Positions 13,881 to 27,200 of a stretch of DNA of 64,000 nucleotides are shown here, one piece after another. The notes below the pieces were generated by a model, which had not been told where the DNA came from, did no database searches, and saw nothing but the letters and a program-made list of their open reading frames with translations. Numbering within the stretch: position 1 is the stretch's first letter; every line of letters starts with the position of its first letter. Position numbers and translations under genes: made by a program. This stretch comes from Lama guanicoe. Its lineage: Eukaryota. The DNA lies in NCBI GenBank assembly GCA_013239625.1, contig MU054391.1:8651095-8715094 (forward strand), in the 5' to 3' direction.

Positions 13881-15154
13881 GCTGTGTGCTGCTGAGACAT
13901 AAAATACAGCTGGTGTATTGACAGTTGCAACACACTGCACTTATTGTATAGAATTCTTACTGTGTTATTCTTGAAAGAGCTTTTTGAGATCTACTCAAAA
14001 TTAAATTGGTTAAGTTATTCTTAAAATTTCTTCACACTTGTAGTTTGATTCTTTTGAATCCCTTTTCAACTCAGAGTTGTCAACCCTGTGTTTATCCAAT
14101 CAATGTCATCATAAGTCTTGATGTTGTTGCTGAACTTAAAACAATTCATAAGGAACTAAAAGCCATTCATCTAGATTTGAAATGTTTATTCCTCCTTTTG
14201 AAATATTACTCTAAATTTCTGATTTTTCACCTCACTCCTCCCCTCCCTGCAGTTAATTTGATGCTGAGGGTTAGAAATATTTCCACATTTCCTTTCTGGA
14301 AGTTTCTTCTAAATTCCAGTGGTGTTGCTTTTGATGTGCGTGCACAGACCACGGCACAGACATCGTGACTGATGTCTCATTGACAGCAACTATAAGATGA
14401 CATTGATTAAAAGAAACATCCCAAGTGCAGAGATGTGAAACCATGAAAATCAATCAGTCAATCAATGGCATTTTAGAACCGACAAAATACAGCATAATCT
14501 ATCAGAACTAGTACTAAAATCATTATAGGCACAGCATATGACAGGAGTACAGAAGACGATGTGATTACTTCTCCAGATGAATTTGGAAACATCTACGTAG
14601 GTGTAGAAACCTTGATATTTAGAGTCGAATTTGTGAAAGCTGAATAAAAAAGAATGCAAAATGAATGTAACTTAATGCTATGTCTACACAGCTTTGTAGA
14701 AATAGATGACAACTCTAACTTCCAGGTCTCCAATGAGGTTCACACAGAACAGGTGAAAAGCGTCATAAATATTTCATGGAAATAATCTTATCTTTAGGTA
14801 GGATGTGAATATATTAAATATCGATGACTGAAGATATTAATACTTAATGTCGTTTTTGACAAAATGAATGTTTTATGATTAAGAATACTGCACAAAGGCA
14901 CACATTTGTTTGCAAAATATGTTTAATATTTAATGGTGTCAGTAAAGGTAACTGTTGAAATTGGAGACATAATCCAATTTGAAATGCATAAAATTACAAA
15001 AAACAACAAACTTTAAATATGTTTATAATAAAATGAAAACTTATTCTAAATCTTACATAGTAAATAGAATTAAAAAAAACTATCTCCAAATGCACATATA
15101 CTATTACTACTGCTACTTGCTCTGCAAGAAAAAAATAATTGCAACAACAATAAC

Positions 15155-15880
15155 AATTATTATTTATTGAAGGATCCCTACATGCCAGGCACTGTCACAA
15201 GGATTTATGTGGATTTAACTCATTTAAACTCTGCGACAGGTACTCTCATTGTCCTGATAGTAAGGATGAGGCGTGGCGCCAGGGAGTGTAACCCCAGGGC
15301 AGAGTTGCTTCACCACCATCTAAGCTCTGGCTAAGGAGGCTTGAGGCAAATGCAGGACAGCTGGTCCGTGGGCAGAGCAAGCAGGCTTTGGGAAGGACAG
15401 CTTGGCCCAGATACCACGGGCTTCCAAGTCACGTGGATCTGTGTTCAAGCTGGGACTCACCACTTACCTATTATGCGATCCAGGACAATTTTCTTAATCT
15501 AGTGGAATCTTTGTTCTTAATATATAAAATGTGATAATATGTCTGTCTTGCAAGAACGCTAGAATCATTGGAAACAATGTTTTTATGGAGTATCTAAACA
15601 ACAAAAAAAAAGCAAATGATCATCTGCAAGTTGTGATAAATTCTCAAAATAATGGGAATCTACAATAGAGGTTAGCTAGAGTGAACCCGTTAGAAAAGAA
15701 AGACACCAAATGGTGAACCAAAGAGAACCAGAGTTTAATTCTGTCCCCGTCGTTCCCTTACCTATGTGATCTTGAGCAAAGAAGCCCAACAACTTGAGTC
15801 CGTTTTATCCACTCTAAACTGAGATGGTGATACTTGCCCCTGAGTTGTAAGATGAGTGAGGGACCCTGAGTAAAGCCCGA
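15155..15880. mobile_element. Cluster of three MIR fragments (~15155-15330 minus, ~15400-15600 plus, ~15725-15880 plus)
   Basis: 'tttattgaaggatccctacatgccaggcactgt', 'caccacttacctattatgcgatccaggacaa' and 'cccttacctatgtgatcttgagcaa'. Confidence 0.6.
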
Positions 15881-17763
15881 GGCATGGAGTTCCACACCCA
15901 TATATCCTAGCGGCTGTTCTGCTTCTCCACCGTGTCTCCCCGTTGTATTTAGTCTAAGAGATTATTAGCAAGACTGTCTACTGCTGGGTACCAACTGATT
16001 TGAAGGGATGGTGGTATTGTTCATGGATTTGAGTCAAAGACCCTTCAACAGAGATGACGGAAATTTAAATAAAGTATAATTCAATCCCTTGCTTCACAAG
16101 AGGAGGAATCTGAGACTCTGAGGGGTGGAGAGACATGCAGAAAGGACATGCAGCTGCCAGTGCAGCGTGTGGCCTCATTCCCGACTGGGGGCATCCGGTC
16201 AATTACTATAGTCACTTCTTCTGGACGATGTTAAAAAAAAAAAAGAATCAGTCTGATCAGGAACAATGTGCCTGTGCTTCTAGTTTAAAGGAAATATAAA
16301 ACAACGGAATAGTAACAGCATCCCCCACTCAGTAATATTAACATTTTCTTATAGAGTTTTTAAAAAAAATTTCAAACATTTCTCATACTTTCAAAAATGC
16401 AAGCTTCAAACCTGCCCTATAAGTTGCACAGGAGAAGCAGCAGCTAACTTACTATCTGGATGAATGAACTGCCTTCTACTAGTTAGAGATGATCCCCACC
16501 CTCTAACCATAAGTTCTGGGGCAGGAACGTGAACTCCTGGGTCAGGTTGTTGGTTTTTTTGTCCCCCCCACCCCACCCCCGCCACATTCCAGGTCTCAGT
16601 GTCCAGCTGGGTGGATGTTTGTTTTCCTTGAAGACACAAAATATATTCAAATGCGACTTCTCTGTCCCTGTAGCTTTCTTGATCTGTTTGTCTGGGAGAA
16701 GCTTTGGCTAAATATTGCCTAGTATTTTAAATGAGAAGTGACTTAATGCTGTTGAAAGCAAAAATGTGTTCTTTAACCATCTGCAGTTTAAAAAATGTTT
16801 ACCATGAAAATATGAAAGGTTGAAGAATTAAACTTGGAGGACAAGGGACTTTGGGTCTCTGGAAGTGCTTGAGATGGGGAAGGAAAAAGGCCAAACTGCA
16901 GTGCAATTTTAAACTATTCTACTAGCCCTTATAAAGAAGACAAACAGGGAATCTTGCCGTCAGTAGATTCATTTTACTTTATTTTTATTTTTAAATAGGC
17001 ACAGTTCCTGGTGGTGGGTAAACTAACGTAGTGAGGACAGTGTCAATGCCACAGAGCATATTGTTCATAGTTTACGACTTACCCCCAAGATTAGTAGCAA
17101 AAGGATTCACACACACACGAAAAACGTTTAACAAGAGAACATGCTCCCATCCATCTGTATATAGGCTACAGAAATATTTGGAAAAAAGTATTGAGTTGGA
17201 GTACCCTAATAAAACTAAAACATGGCCAGTTGTCACAGACCACATACCAGCGACAGCAATTTCAAGAGGATTTTAAATTGTTGTACAAGTGGAAGTTGAC
17301 TCCGTCAAGGGATAATGGGCGTTGTATGTGGGGACAAGTTAGAAGTACACAAAGATCCCACCTCAAACTGGAGTTTTTATCATTTTACAAGCTGTGAAGT
17401 AAAGGTACCACACCAGTTAACGTTCAGGTCACCAGATGGTGAGCACTGATTATCTGTCTTGCTTACACCAGCTCTCAAATCGAGTTCTCAATTTTAGAAT
17501 TAATAGTGAAACGGGAAATGCGGGGGAGGCTGTGAAACAAACCAGTCTTGATATTTCATAGATTCTTTGAGGATTAAAATTGTTTTTCTATTAATCTAAG
17601 TGTGAATATACTAAGTTTTAGTATCCTAATTCTTTGAAAAATACTTTGAGACAAAAAACAAACATAATATACAGAATAAAAATCATATGTATGTATATGA
17701 TTTTATTATCACATATGTATATAATCATGGACACACACTCATTCACACAATTATTTTTGTATA

Positions 17764-17781
17764 TGTGTGTGTGTGTGTGTA

Positions 17782-17814
<33 letters not shown>
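17764..17814. repeat. Compound (TG)n(TA)n microsatellite
   Basis: Read directly from the sequence. Confidence 0.95.
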
Positions 17815-18406
17815 GTAACCACTACATGTTTCTCCCTTTACTTTCTTCTGCTGCACAGGCTGTGTCTTACTATTTTGCCATATAAAAGAAAAGGACACAA
17901 TTTAAAAACAAAATGGCAGGAGAGTTCAGTCCCAGCCTTTCTATTTAAAAGAAAAGTAGTCAATGATAAAGGGCTTTAAAAGAATTAATGTTCTGGGCCA
18001 AACAAATTCTGATTTAAAATTCAGACATCCCGGTTATGTGATTTAAATCTCTCAAGTTTCAATTTTCCCATCTGTAAAATTAGAATATATTAAACAAGTC
18101 TGTGATTAATATTTTATTAAGATCAAACTTTATAAAGTAGGAAAAACACTCTGCATAATATGTAGCATGCAGTGCAGCTTCAATAAATGTAAACTATTAA
18201 TAGTGTTATTTTAACTGTTAACTGTGTACTTTCCAGACTGTTTTCATCTCCTGAAGTTTCACAACGTTGATCTGTATAAACGGAATTGCTAATGTTGTCC
18301 TCTCACTGCAGTGGACAACTTCCAAGAGACACAGCTTGGGGAAGGAAGTGGGAAGTCGTAGAATACAAAACTGTGCTATGTACGACTCATAGGAGAGAAT
18401 AAAACA

Positions 18407-18554
18407 AGAGTCTTTTCTTTGCTTGTTTTTTGGTTCCTCTGCTTTTCTTAGGCATCATGTTACTCTGCCCTTGGATGGAAATCTGGGTAGATGCCATGGA
18501 CATGACTCACAGTGTTAGAAATGGCGACTCCTGTGGTCACATTGTCACAAAACC
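18407..18554 (+). repeat. Local direct duplication, copy 1 (148 bp)
   Basis: Hand alignment to 20764-20910 gives about 12 substitutions and 1 indel. Confidence 0.95.
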
Positions 18555-18942
18555 GAGTCAGATCCAACAGGACAGTGCTCAGTATTATAGAGGAGCAAAC
18601 CACAGATACGTACCTGCAAAAACATGATGATCAAAAATGCATTGCATTAAGTGAAAGAAGCCAGATGCAAAATAATTACTTCCTCTATGATTCATTTGTA
18701 TGATTTTCTGGAAAAGGTGAGACAAGAGGGCCAGAAATCAGATCAGCACTTGCCAGTGGTGGAGACAAGCTCCGAGTGCATGAATACTTTGGGATCATCA
18801 CAGAGGAGCAGGCAGGAACTCTGAAGGTTATGAAAATGATTGTATCTAATTCTGGTTGTGACTACACAAAAGGATACATTTGACAAAATTCATAGAACTG
18901 TATCCCTAAAAAGGGTGATATAAATTATACTTCACTAATCCT
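18555..18942 (+). mobile_element. L1M (L1MC/L1ME-type) 3'UTR
   Basis: 'taagtgaaagaagccagatgcaaaa..tatgattcatttgtatgattttctggaaaagg..gacaaaattcatagaactgtatccctaaaaagggtga'. Confidence 0.75.
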
Positions 18943-18943
18943 G

Positions 18944-18992
18944 CTCTCTCTCTCACACACACACACACACACGCGCACACACGCGCACGCAC
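18944..18992. repeat. (CT)n(CA)n microsatellite
   Basis: Read directly from the sequence. Confidence 0.9.
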
Positions 18993-19037
18993 ATGGCTTG
19001 ATGTGAAGGAGACTGACCTCTTCCACACACATCCTCC

Positions 19038-19570
19038 CAGGTCTGCTTCATGGATGTGTGGCCAGTGCGGCTGCACCGGACACCACGCTCAGAGGGGGCT
19101 CCATGCATCGAGGTCAATACTCTGTGGGTCAGGGCTCTTTTGAAACGCTTGGTAATTTTGTCTTTCAGTCTGTGTTTTGTAAGTGATGCACAGTGAGACA
19201 ATGGGCACTGAGGGGACAGAACCCACAGTCACCTAAGGTCCCATGTCTCTCTCTCTCCCTGCCTCCCCGGCCTGAGTTCTCTGACCCCAGCAGGAGGCCA
19301 GGCACAGGCGCTGGAAGGGTCAGGGTCAAGCACGTGTACCCATGTGCAGTGTCAGGAGACAGGGTCAGGGCCCTGGGGGGTGGCCTGCACTTCCGCAGTG
19401 ATATCCCCGTACGCAATAGAGTGCAATATAAAAAACAAGTGTAGATCTCCGTGATGCCGCAAGAGGAAGACTGAAGAAAAAGGGAAAAAATAACTATCTT
19501 CTTGCTTGTTAAATGAGACACTTGTGTTTTCATTTTGTAGCGGGCCCTAAAAATGATGAAGATGAGCCAG
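19038..19570 (+). mobile_element. MER45-family hAT-Tip100 non-autonomous DNA transposon
   Basis: The start 'caggtctgcttcatggatgtgtggccagtgcggctgcac' and end 'ttttcattttgtagcgggccctaaaaatgatgaag' match MER45 termini. Confidence 0.7.
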
Positions 19571-19989
19571 AACCCACCCCAGCCTTTTGGGCAGGGGAAG
19601 AGGCTGACTACAGCCTGACTACAGCCTCTGCCAAAGACATTTTTGCAGGATTCAAATGACTTTTTTTCCTACTCTCTGATTCTCTTTATGTCCTTGATGG
19701 GTCTTGGAGGTCCAAGAGTTGTGAAATTACTTCTTAAAGTGTATTTTGGTTCAGGAATTTCAAATCTATTATCTTTGCTCTCTTGTTCAAATTTCCATTT
19801 TCATATTCTGTTAAAAATGTGAATTTTTTTCCCTTTCTTTAATGTGTTTCATTCTTCAGTCCAATTTCTCACTGGGGAAAAGCAGTAGTTATGTGTTTAA
19901 TACCATTGGTGAGTTAGAAGTTGAAGCCCTGTCTTGAAAAGGCTAAATTAAGAATAATCAGAAACTGCTTTGGATTTTAAATAAGAATG

Positions 19990-20500
19990 AATATATTAAA
20001 CACGTATGAAGTCCTAACCGTGTACCAGACACCATTCTAGGTGCATTCTATACTTTAACTTGCTGCATCCTCACAATGTTTTGATGCAGTGGGTATTGTT
20101 ATTACTTTGTTTTGTAAATGAGGAATTTGACACAGAGAGAGTTTAACCCATAGCCTACAGTCAAAAAAAAAACAAAAAAAAACAAAACAAAACTAGCAAG
20201 TTGCCTAACCAGAATTCAGATCCAAACACTTCACCCCCAGGCTCCATGCTCTTAGTTACCTGCGTACACTACCATGGAGGTACTGGAACCATCACTGTAG
20301 AGTCTCTACCCTCCCCTGCTTCATGAAGGGTGATGCTAATAATATCAATGTCTCCCCCGAGGACTCACTGTACCCAGCACAGGCCTATTGGTGTTATATA
20401 ATTTAATTTTAAAAACAACTCTCTAAATTTGTCTTATCCCTAGTTTGACGATGAGGAAGTCGAGGTTTCAAGAGGATGAGAATTTTAGCTCATTCATTCG
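19990..20500 (-). mobile_element. Two MIR fragments
   Basis: 'gtgtaccagacaccattctaggtgcatt..tttgtaaatgaggaatttgacacagagagag' and 'gatgaggaagtcgaggtttcaagagg'. Confidence 0.65.
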
Positions 20501-20594
20501 TCTACTAAATGTAACAATAGTCCTGTTGGATTCCCGGGCTGCAGGAAGCCAAGTGCCATGGTGGCAGGTGTGTGGCTTCTGCCAACTGTGACCC

Positions 20595-20767
20595 TGCTTG
20601 CTCTGGACACCCACCGGCTCACTCCCGAGAGTCTGTTATGGGCGTCTCTTCCCAGTTCCACACTCAGCTATGTCAGGTCGCCATCTTGAAAGGAACTATA
20701 GGGGTGTATTTACACTACAGCCACCAACAAAGGCTGTCCACAGGGTTCCCTCCTCCCCTTCAGAGAG
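20595..20767 (+). mobile_element. MER63-family hAT-Blackjack element, truncated before its 3' TIR
   Basis: 'accggctcactcccgagag..tctcttcccagttccacactcag..cttgaaa..gtatttacactac' matches MER63. The similarity stops at 'cagagag'. Confidence 0.65.
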
Positions 20768-20910
20768 TCTTTTGTTTGTTTGGTTTTGGTTCCTCTACTT
20801 TTCTTAGGCATCATGTTACTCTACCCTTGGATGGAAATCTGGGTAGAGGCCATGGACATTACTCACAGCGTTAGAAATAGCGACTCCTATGGTCACATGG
20901 TCAGAAAACC
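20764..20910 (+). repeat. Local direct duplication, copy 2 (147 bp)
   Basis: About 91% identical to 18407-18554. Confidence 0.95.
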
Positions 20911-22084
20911 AATACAACACTGTGAGACCTTCAGCAATCGCTAAATCATGATGCAGTCTTTCTATTTGTCACCATTTTCTGATTTACTCTTATCACTTAT
21001 ACTCCCTAAGCCCCTTCTCACTTGACCAGGAAATTTTTCTCCATTGATCTCTTGTCGGAATGGTTAGTCCAGCCCTGAATCTAGTCCTCTCCCTGCTCCA
21101 GTCCATTTGCTGCACTTCTGCCAGAATCTATTACTTTTCTGTTTTGTTTCTGTTTGAAAATGAGAAACAAAGTAGAATGAGCTATAAACTTTAATGTGAC
21201 AACATCCTCGCACTGTGATTCTTAACAAATGCAGAATTTGGCAGGACATTGCCCTACATAAACCCTTCAGTGGTTCTCCATCCCCAGGAAATGAGAAGAG
21301 GTTCGTCATAACATGTAGACTCTCCTGATGATCAGCCCCTTATCTGTCCGCCACCTAGTACCCTGGTCAGTCCCTCCACGCTCTGACGTTCTGCAGTGGT
21401 GCAGCACCGAGGGTCAGAGTCCAGGCTCTAGAGACAGACAGTGCTCTTGGTCTGGAAGTCATAGCCCTGCTGTGGTTCAGATGTACAACTTTGGATTCAT
21501 TATTTAAATGTTTCCATCTCTTTGCCTAGAAAACAGGAATAAGTTTTTGTAAGGTTTAAGCAAATAAATACATGAGTCGACTTAAAGCTTGGCACATGGT
21601 GAGAGTTATGACAATGCAAACCATTATTGTTGTTTTTAATAGTATTATTACCGTCATTGTGAACAGGCTTTATTATTTGGTTTGATCATTTAGAACTGGA
21701 GGAAAAAGATTATCGAATACCCTCAAAACGTCACCATATGGTTCTATCTAATTGAGTGCTCGATATCAGAACAGTAATTTAATTACCAGGGTTTCGAACA
21801 GACCGATTTGTTGAACATAATGAAAGAGAAGACAGTGGCACCAACTTCCTGCTTCTCTCTCCATCCCTGTCAGCATCTTACCTCTGCTACCAGGACGGTG
21901 GTGCTGGCTTGTGTGCGCGGAGAGCAAGGGATAAGAAACTTAACAAAACAAACACAAAATAACTTCAAATAAAATGATCGCATATGAAACTGTTTACTAA
22001 GCATTCCCTCAGAATTCAGTGATGATACCTGCCTGTGGACATCAGAACCAACTTCCCCTCTGACAGGGTATTTTGTATCCCCCA

Positions 22085-22378
22085 CTGTCTTCAGCTTTTA
22101 TCTGAAAAATTCCCACTTACCATTCAAACGCCAGCTCATGAGCAAACAATTCCAGGATATCATCTCTAATCTCCCTAAATGGGGTTACCTCACTCCCTCC
22201 TCTGGGTACCCTGCATCATGGACATACCTCTAACATGAGTTTATTAACCTGTATTGCAAGTTACATATATGTGGCCCTATTAATAAATATAATATAAGAT
22301 CCCTTGGGATTAGGTTTTGTTATCCTCATGACCTAGTACACTGGAAATAGAGGTACTCAATCAACATTTGCTAAATTG
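22085..22378 (+). mobile_element. L2 3' end
   Basis: Ends in an L2 tail, 'acctagtacactggaaatagaggtactcaatcaacatttgctaaattg'. Confidence 0.6.
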
Positions 22379-23317
22379 CATTTTATTACATCAAATTCTG
22401 GGGGAGTATTACTATATTTATGCAGGACACCAGTAATGCATCTTCAGTGACAGAGAAACTAACAGTTAAGTGGGGACAAACTAATTGATTTTCCTTCAAA
22501 TATATCTGAAGGCTCTGCTTCTACCAATAATATCCTAGAATGTTAGAGACAATTTATTTTTACTGATTGATTTCACAGGAAAGAAATTCATCCAGTTAAA
22601 AACTGACAACGTTTAAGGAAACAACTAACAAAAACTCAAGCAGCAGAATCCAAGTCCACTGACTAAGATAAAGGACTTGTTGCTACTGTTCACTGCTTCC
22701 CCCAACCCTTAGCCCTCTCGATGGCTTCATTTCTTTTAAACAGTCATTTTTGTGTAACTCAATGCTACATTTTAAACTCCATGTGTCCCATATCTGGTGC
22801 CATGAGCTTTTATGCAAACCTCCCGAGATATTGACACAAGAGATGTCAATCTTGTGTCATCATCCAAATATAATTTAGTGAAGGCCCTCCAATTTAATAT
22901 ATGTTTTCTTCTGCATCTTTGGTCTTTATATATTGGCCTATGTCATGTTTTTATGCTTTCTTTGAAACTTTCATGTAAAAATTAATCCTTTAATAGAACC
23001 CTTAGACACCTGAAAATATGTGTTTCTCTAAGTCAAGATACTTACCTGGTCTTTTTTTACCCCTGAGAATTAGAAATGCCCCATGATTTTATGATGTTTG
23101 ATAGAGAAGAGGAAAAACTGAGTCAAGATGTCAAAAAAGAGTTGCCCCAAATGGGTAAAAAGTTGATGCCAAGAGAACGTCTGTGAGGTGATAAATACCA
23201 GTTCTAGTGGGATGATAACTTTCTGATCAATCAATCATCCTTCATTTTTGCCAACATACACTCTTTATATAGATAGAATATCTATCTATCTACCTACCTA
23301 TCATCTATTAATCACAT

Positions 23318-24472
23318 ACAACAGCTTTATTGAAATATAATTCACATACCATATAATTCACCTGTTTAAAATGCACAGCTTAACATTTTGAGTGTATTTA
23401 GAGATCTGTGCAGCCGCAAACACAGTAGAGCCTATCACCTCCAAAACACTGCAAATCCATCAGCAGTTGCTCCCCGTTATCCTCTGACCCACCCAAAACT
23501 ACATAAGCATGAACCAACCACCTGTCTCTATAGATTTACTTATACTGAACATTTCACGTAAAAGAAATCACACAATTGTACATCATGTTTTCATGTTTCA
23601 TCCATGTTTTAGCATGAATCAGTACTTTTTTATTATAGAATAATACTCGACTGTATGAATATAACATATTTTATTTATCTATTTACCAGTTGATGAACAT
23701 TTGGGTAATTTTCATCTTTTGGCTATTATGAATAATGCTACTATGAACATTTGTGTACACATTCTTTTGTGTAGACATGTTCTGTTTTTCTTGGTTATAT
23801 ACCTAGGAGTGGAAATGCTGAGTAACATGGTAGTTCTATGTTTAACCTTTTGAAAAACTGTACATTATTTTCCAAAGGAGTTGCACCATTTTACATTCTG
23901 AGAGTTCCAGTTTCTCCACATCCTTGCCAACACTTGACACTCTCTGTCATTTTTGTTAGAATAGCCCTGGTGCGTGTGACATGTACTTCATGTGGTTTTG
24001 CTTTGCATTTCTCAGATGGATGATAAGGTTGAGTTTACTAGTGGCCATTTGGATGCCTTTTTTTGGAAACATGTCTATTGTGGTCCTTTGTTTATTTTTA
24101 AATTGGGTTGTCTTTTTTCCTTATTGAGTTGTAAGTGTTCTTTATATTTTCTGAATTTAAGTCTCTCGTCAGATATATTATTTGCAAATATCTCCCCCCC
24201 CCCATTCTGTGGGTTTTGTTTTTAGTTTATTGATGGCTTACAGCATAAAGGGCTTTAATTTAGATGAAGCACAATGTATCTATTATTTTCCTTTGTCACT
24301 TACACATTTGGTTTCATATCTAAGAAATCTTTGGCTAACCTAAATCCACCAATATTTAGTCCTATAGCTTATTCTATAGTATTATAGATTTAACCCTTTA
24401 ATTTTGGTATCTGATCCTTTTTTGTTATTTTTTGTGTATGGTATGAAAAAGCTATTTCAATTTCATTCTTTA
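23318..24472 (-). mobile_element. L1MB-type 3' end (3'UTR and ORF2 C-terminus)
   Basis: It starts 'acagctttattgaaatataattcacataccatataattcacctgtttaaa' and contains 'atacctaggagtggaaatgctg' and 'ccagtttctccacatccttgccaacacttg'. Confidence 0.88.
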
Positions 24473-26859
24473 CTTACTTGCTGTGGAAGACAGGTGTCAT
24501 TTATTGGGGCGGGGTGAAGTTGGAATGGGAGACAACTCTGTGATTATTCTTTCCCTTTAGTCATAAGTTTTAAATTCTACTGTAAGAGAAAGAACTTTTT
24601 TTACCCTGTGATATGATGTGATAAAACTTAAAGAACCATTTATGAACGCATTGAAAAAAACCCTGCATTTGGACGGGAAGAGAACTGAAAATGGCAACCT
24701 TCTGACATCCAAAGATAGCTGGACTGGAAGCCAGGTAAGGGAGAGTGATGATGAGGTGGTGTGGGAAGGGTGAGGATGCAAATAAGGGCATCTTCCATAG
24801 CAGGGGGAGGGAGCAGAGGGCGAGCCTGTGACTGGAGCAGTGAAAAGAGAGGATCAGCCCTTGACAATCACGTGCACCAACTAAATACTCAGCAATAATC
24901 ATCAGTAAAGTACACAGTTCTTAACATATTTTTTGAAGTTGTTTAGAGTCAAATACATGTAGAATGTGACCATGGCAATACTGTGTAGTTTCAGCAATAG
25001 AAAGTTGTGGTAGAAATACAGTGCACAGTTTTGTGGGGTGGACGGGCTGCTCCCAAACACGCTGAAGATCTTAGGGAACAAAAGTGGTAAGGTTGGGACT
25101 TTCACATTTCAGCTGTAGGCATGGATAGAAAATAGATATTTTCTATGACAGCTTTACTATATTGCCATAGGGCAAATATTGCCAGAAACCAAATCTAAAG
25201 TCCTTTCCAACAAGTCACTGAATTAGAATACAAATGGAATGCGTAGCCTCCCCAGGTCTCTTGTGTTATTATCAGGAATGAGTGGAACTTTAAGAATTGG
25301 AATTGGGATTATAAATTTCCAAATCCCAGGGGGAAAAGCAAAACGGAATGAAAACATACAAAACAGCTAAAACAGATCTCTCTCCCTATCTGAGATTTTT
25401 TTTCCCCTTTAACTAATGATCTTAATAATAATCTTGTCAGAGGTAATTGTCTTGCACAGCAAGCTGAATCTCCTTAAAAACCAACTCCACACCTCTCCAT
25501 GCTTCAAATCCAATGTTCAACTCAAATCCGAGTGGATCCCAAGAAGCATAAATACAAAGTCTGAGAAGAGTTACTAAACATAAAAAAACTACAGAACATT
25601 TTGCCAATTCATTCATGTAGAAGCATCAGGGAAATGTATCAGAATGTATCCAAGGGTGTCTGATGAATTGCATTCCTATGCAAATTTGGATCAGTGTGAA
25701 TTTATTAAGATGGATAGACTGACCAATCTGGATTCAAAGTTAACAGAAGAAGCTTTGATTGAAACCTAGATTCAAGGGCAGCATTGCTTCTTAAATATTC
25801 ATTTTAGCCCTGGAAAATAAAGAGTAGTTTCTCTTCTCCTGGCTAAACTTTACCGATACAGCATCCTCAATCCCACCTGACCTATAGAGCAGCCTCAAGC
25901 AGCCAGGAGAAGGGCTGGGCAAACATGAGCACCATTGTCTCAATCACAGCTCTCCTACTCCTGCAATTTATCATTTCAAGCATATTCTGCTCTGTCTGTA
26001 TGTCTTTTCCAGTCCCGGACATCCTTGCTCTAGTCACATGATTGCTGGACCAACATTTCCTGAGATCCTTGCTTTTATTAATATCCATGTTTGACTAGAG
26101 GGCTGAGAAATGTCTGTTGTTTTTTTGCAAGCTTTCTCACGTTGAGGAAATCATTACAGGAAATTGTAAACATGGCTTGTAATTTGCAGCATGGGTTTAG
26201 AACATTTTTCTTTTAATTTATTCTATTTTTTGTCTTTCATATTTTTGTTTTCTATGTGTTTTAATTATACTGAATAGAGTAACGATGGCTTTATTCTACT
26301 ATCTTTAACACCATGACATTGTTAATAGAAAAACTAAGGCTCAATGAGATCTTATATTTTGACCAAATGCACACAGACAATAAGAGATAAACTACAATTA
26401 AAAGTGTGTGTCTGAATCCACAGCAGTGTTCATTAAAAAAAAATCTCCCTCCTCTAGCAAGGGAGCCAGGGCTTATAAACTGTTAGGTGACAAAACTAGA
26501 GGCCTTACTAACTATCCTGGTGTAAGTCTAGGCCAAGGGTAAGGTTCTAACCTCACGGTTAATGCAGTCTAGAACAGCATTTCTACATTTGCATCCATGA
26601 CGTGCCTTAAATCCTATGCTTAATAGGATTAGGAAGAAAGAAAGAACGTAGACTTAATGTGAGTAACATATTAACATAGAATATAGGATTTATTTCTATA
26701 TAAAACTCTGGATTACCCACTTATTTATTTAGTGCTACTCTTCTGTGCTTCCTACTGTTATCTTTTTCTCCAAACAAGATTACAAAATGGTGCAGCCAAA
26801 TATAAAAGTCATAAATTACATATGCAAATCCACATTTATCTGTGACTATTATCTACACC

Positions 26860-27200
26860 ACAGGAGGCAGCTTGGATTTGAAAAAACAAACTGGGAAAAC
26901 CAGCTTCCTCGTTTTCCGCTTTGCTTACCTCAGGCAAGTTTCTCAACATTTTTGAACTCCTGTTTTTATGTCTGTAAACCCAGGATAACACTCTGCCGGG
27001 TTGTGGAAAGATTAAACATGATTTTAGGGATAAAGCATTAATGCAACATTAATATTAATACTGAGCTAAGATGTCAGCTTGGGCAGTGCAAACGTTTAGA
27101 ACTGGTTTCCTTACCTGCAAAACAGGAACACTCATATCAGTTCAGAGTATTCTGACAATTAGATGCAATACAAGTGGCACTCTGAGTGACCACTGCTAGG
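26860..27200 (+). mobile_element. MIR fragments
   Basis: 'ctcaggcaagtttctcaac..tgtctgtaaacccaggataaca' and 'gtttccttacctgcaaaacagg'. Confidence 0.55.

Noticed and set aside
22832..22859. Inverted repeat tgacacaaga-N8-tcttgtgtca
   Set aside because: Too short for a pre-miRNA or MITE, with no supporting context.
23038..23050. U1 snRNA gene or pseudogene
   Set aside because: The match ends after 12 nt and the rest of U1 is absent.
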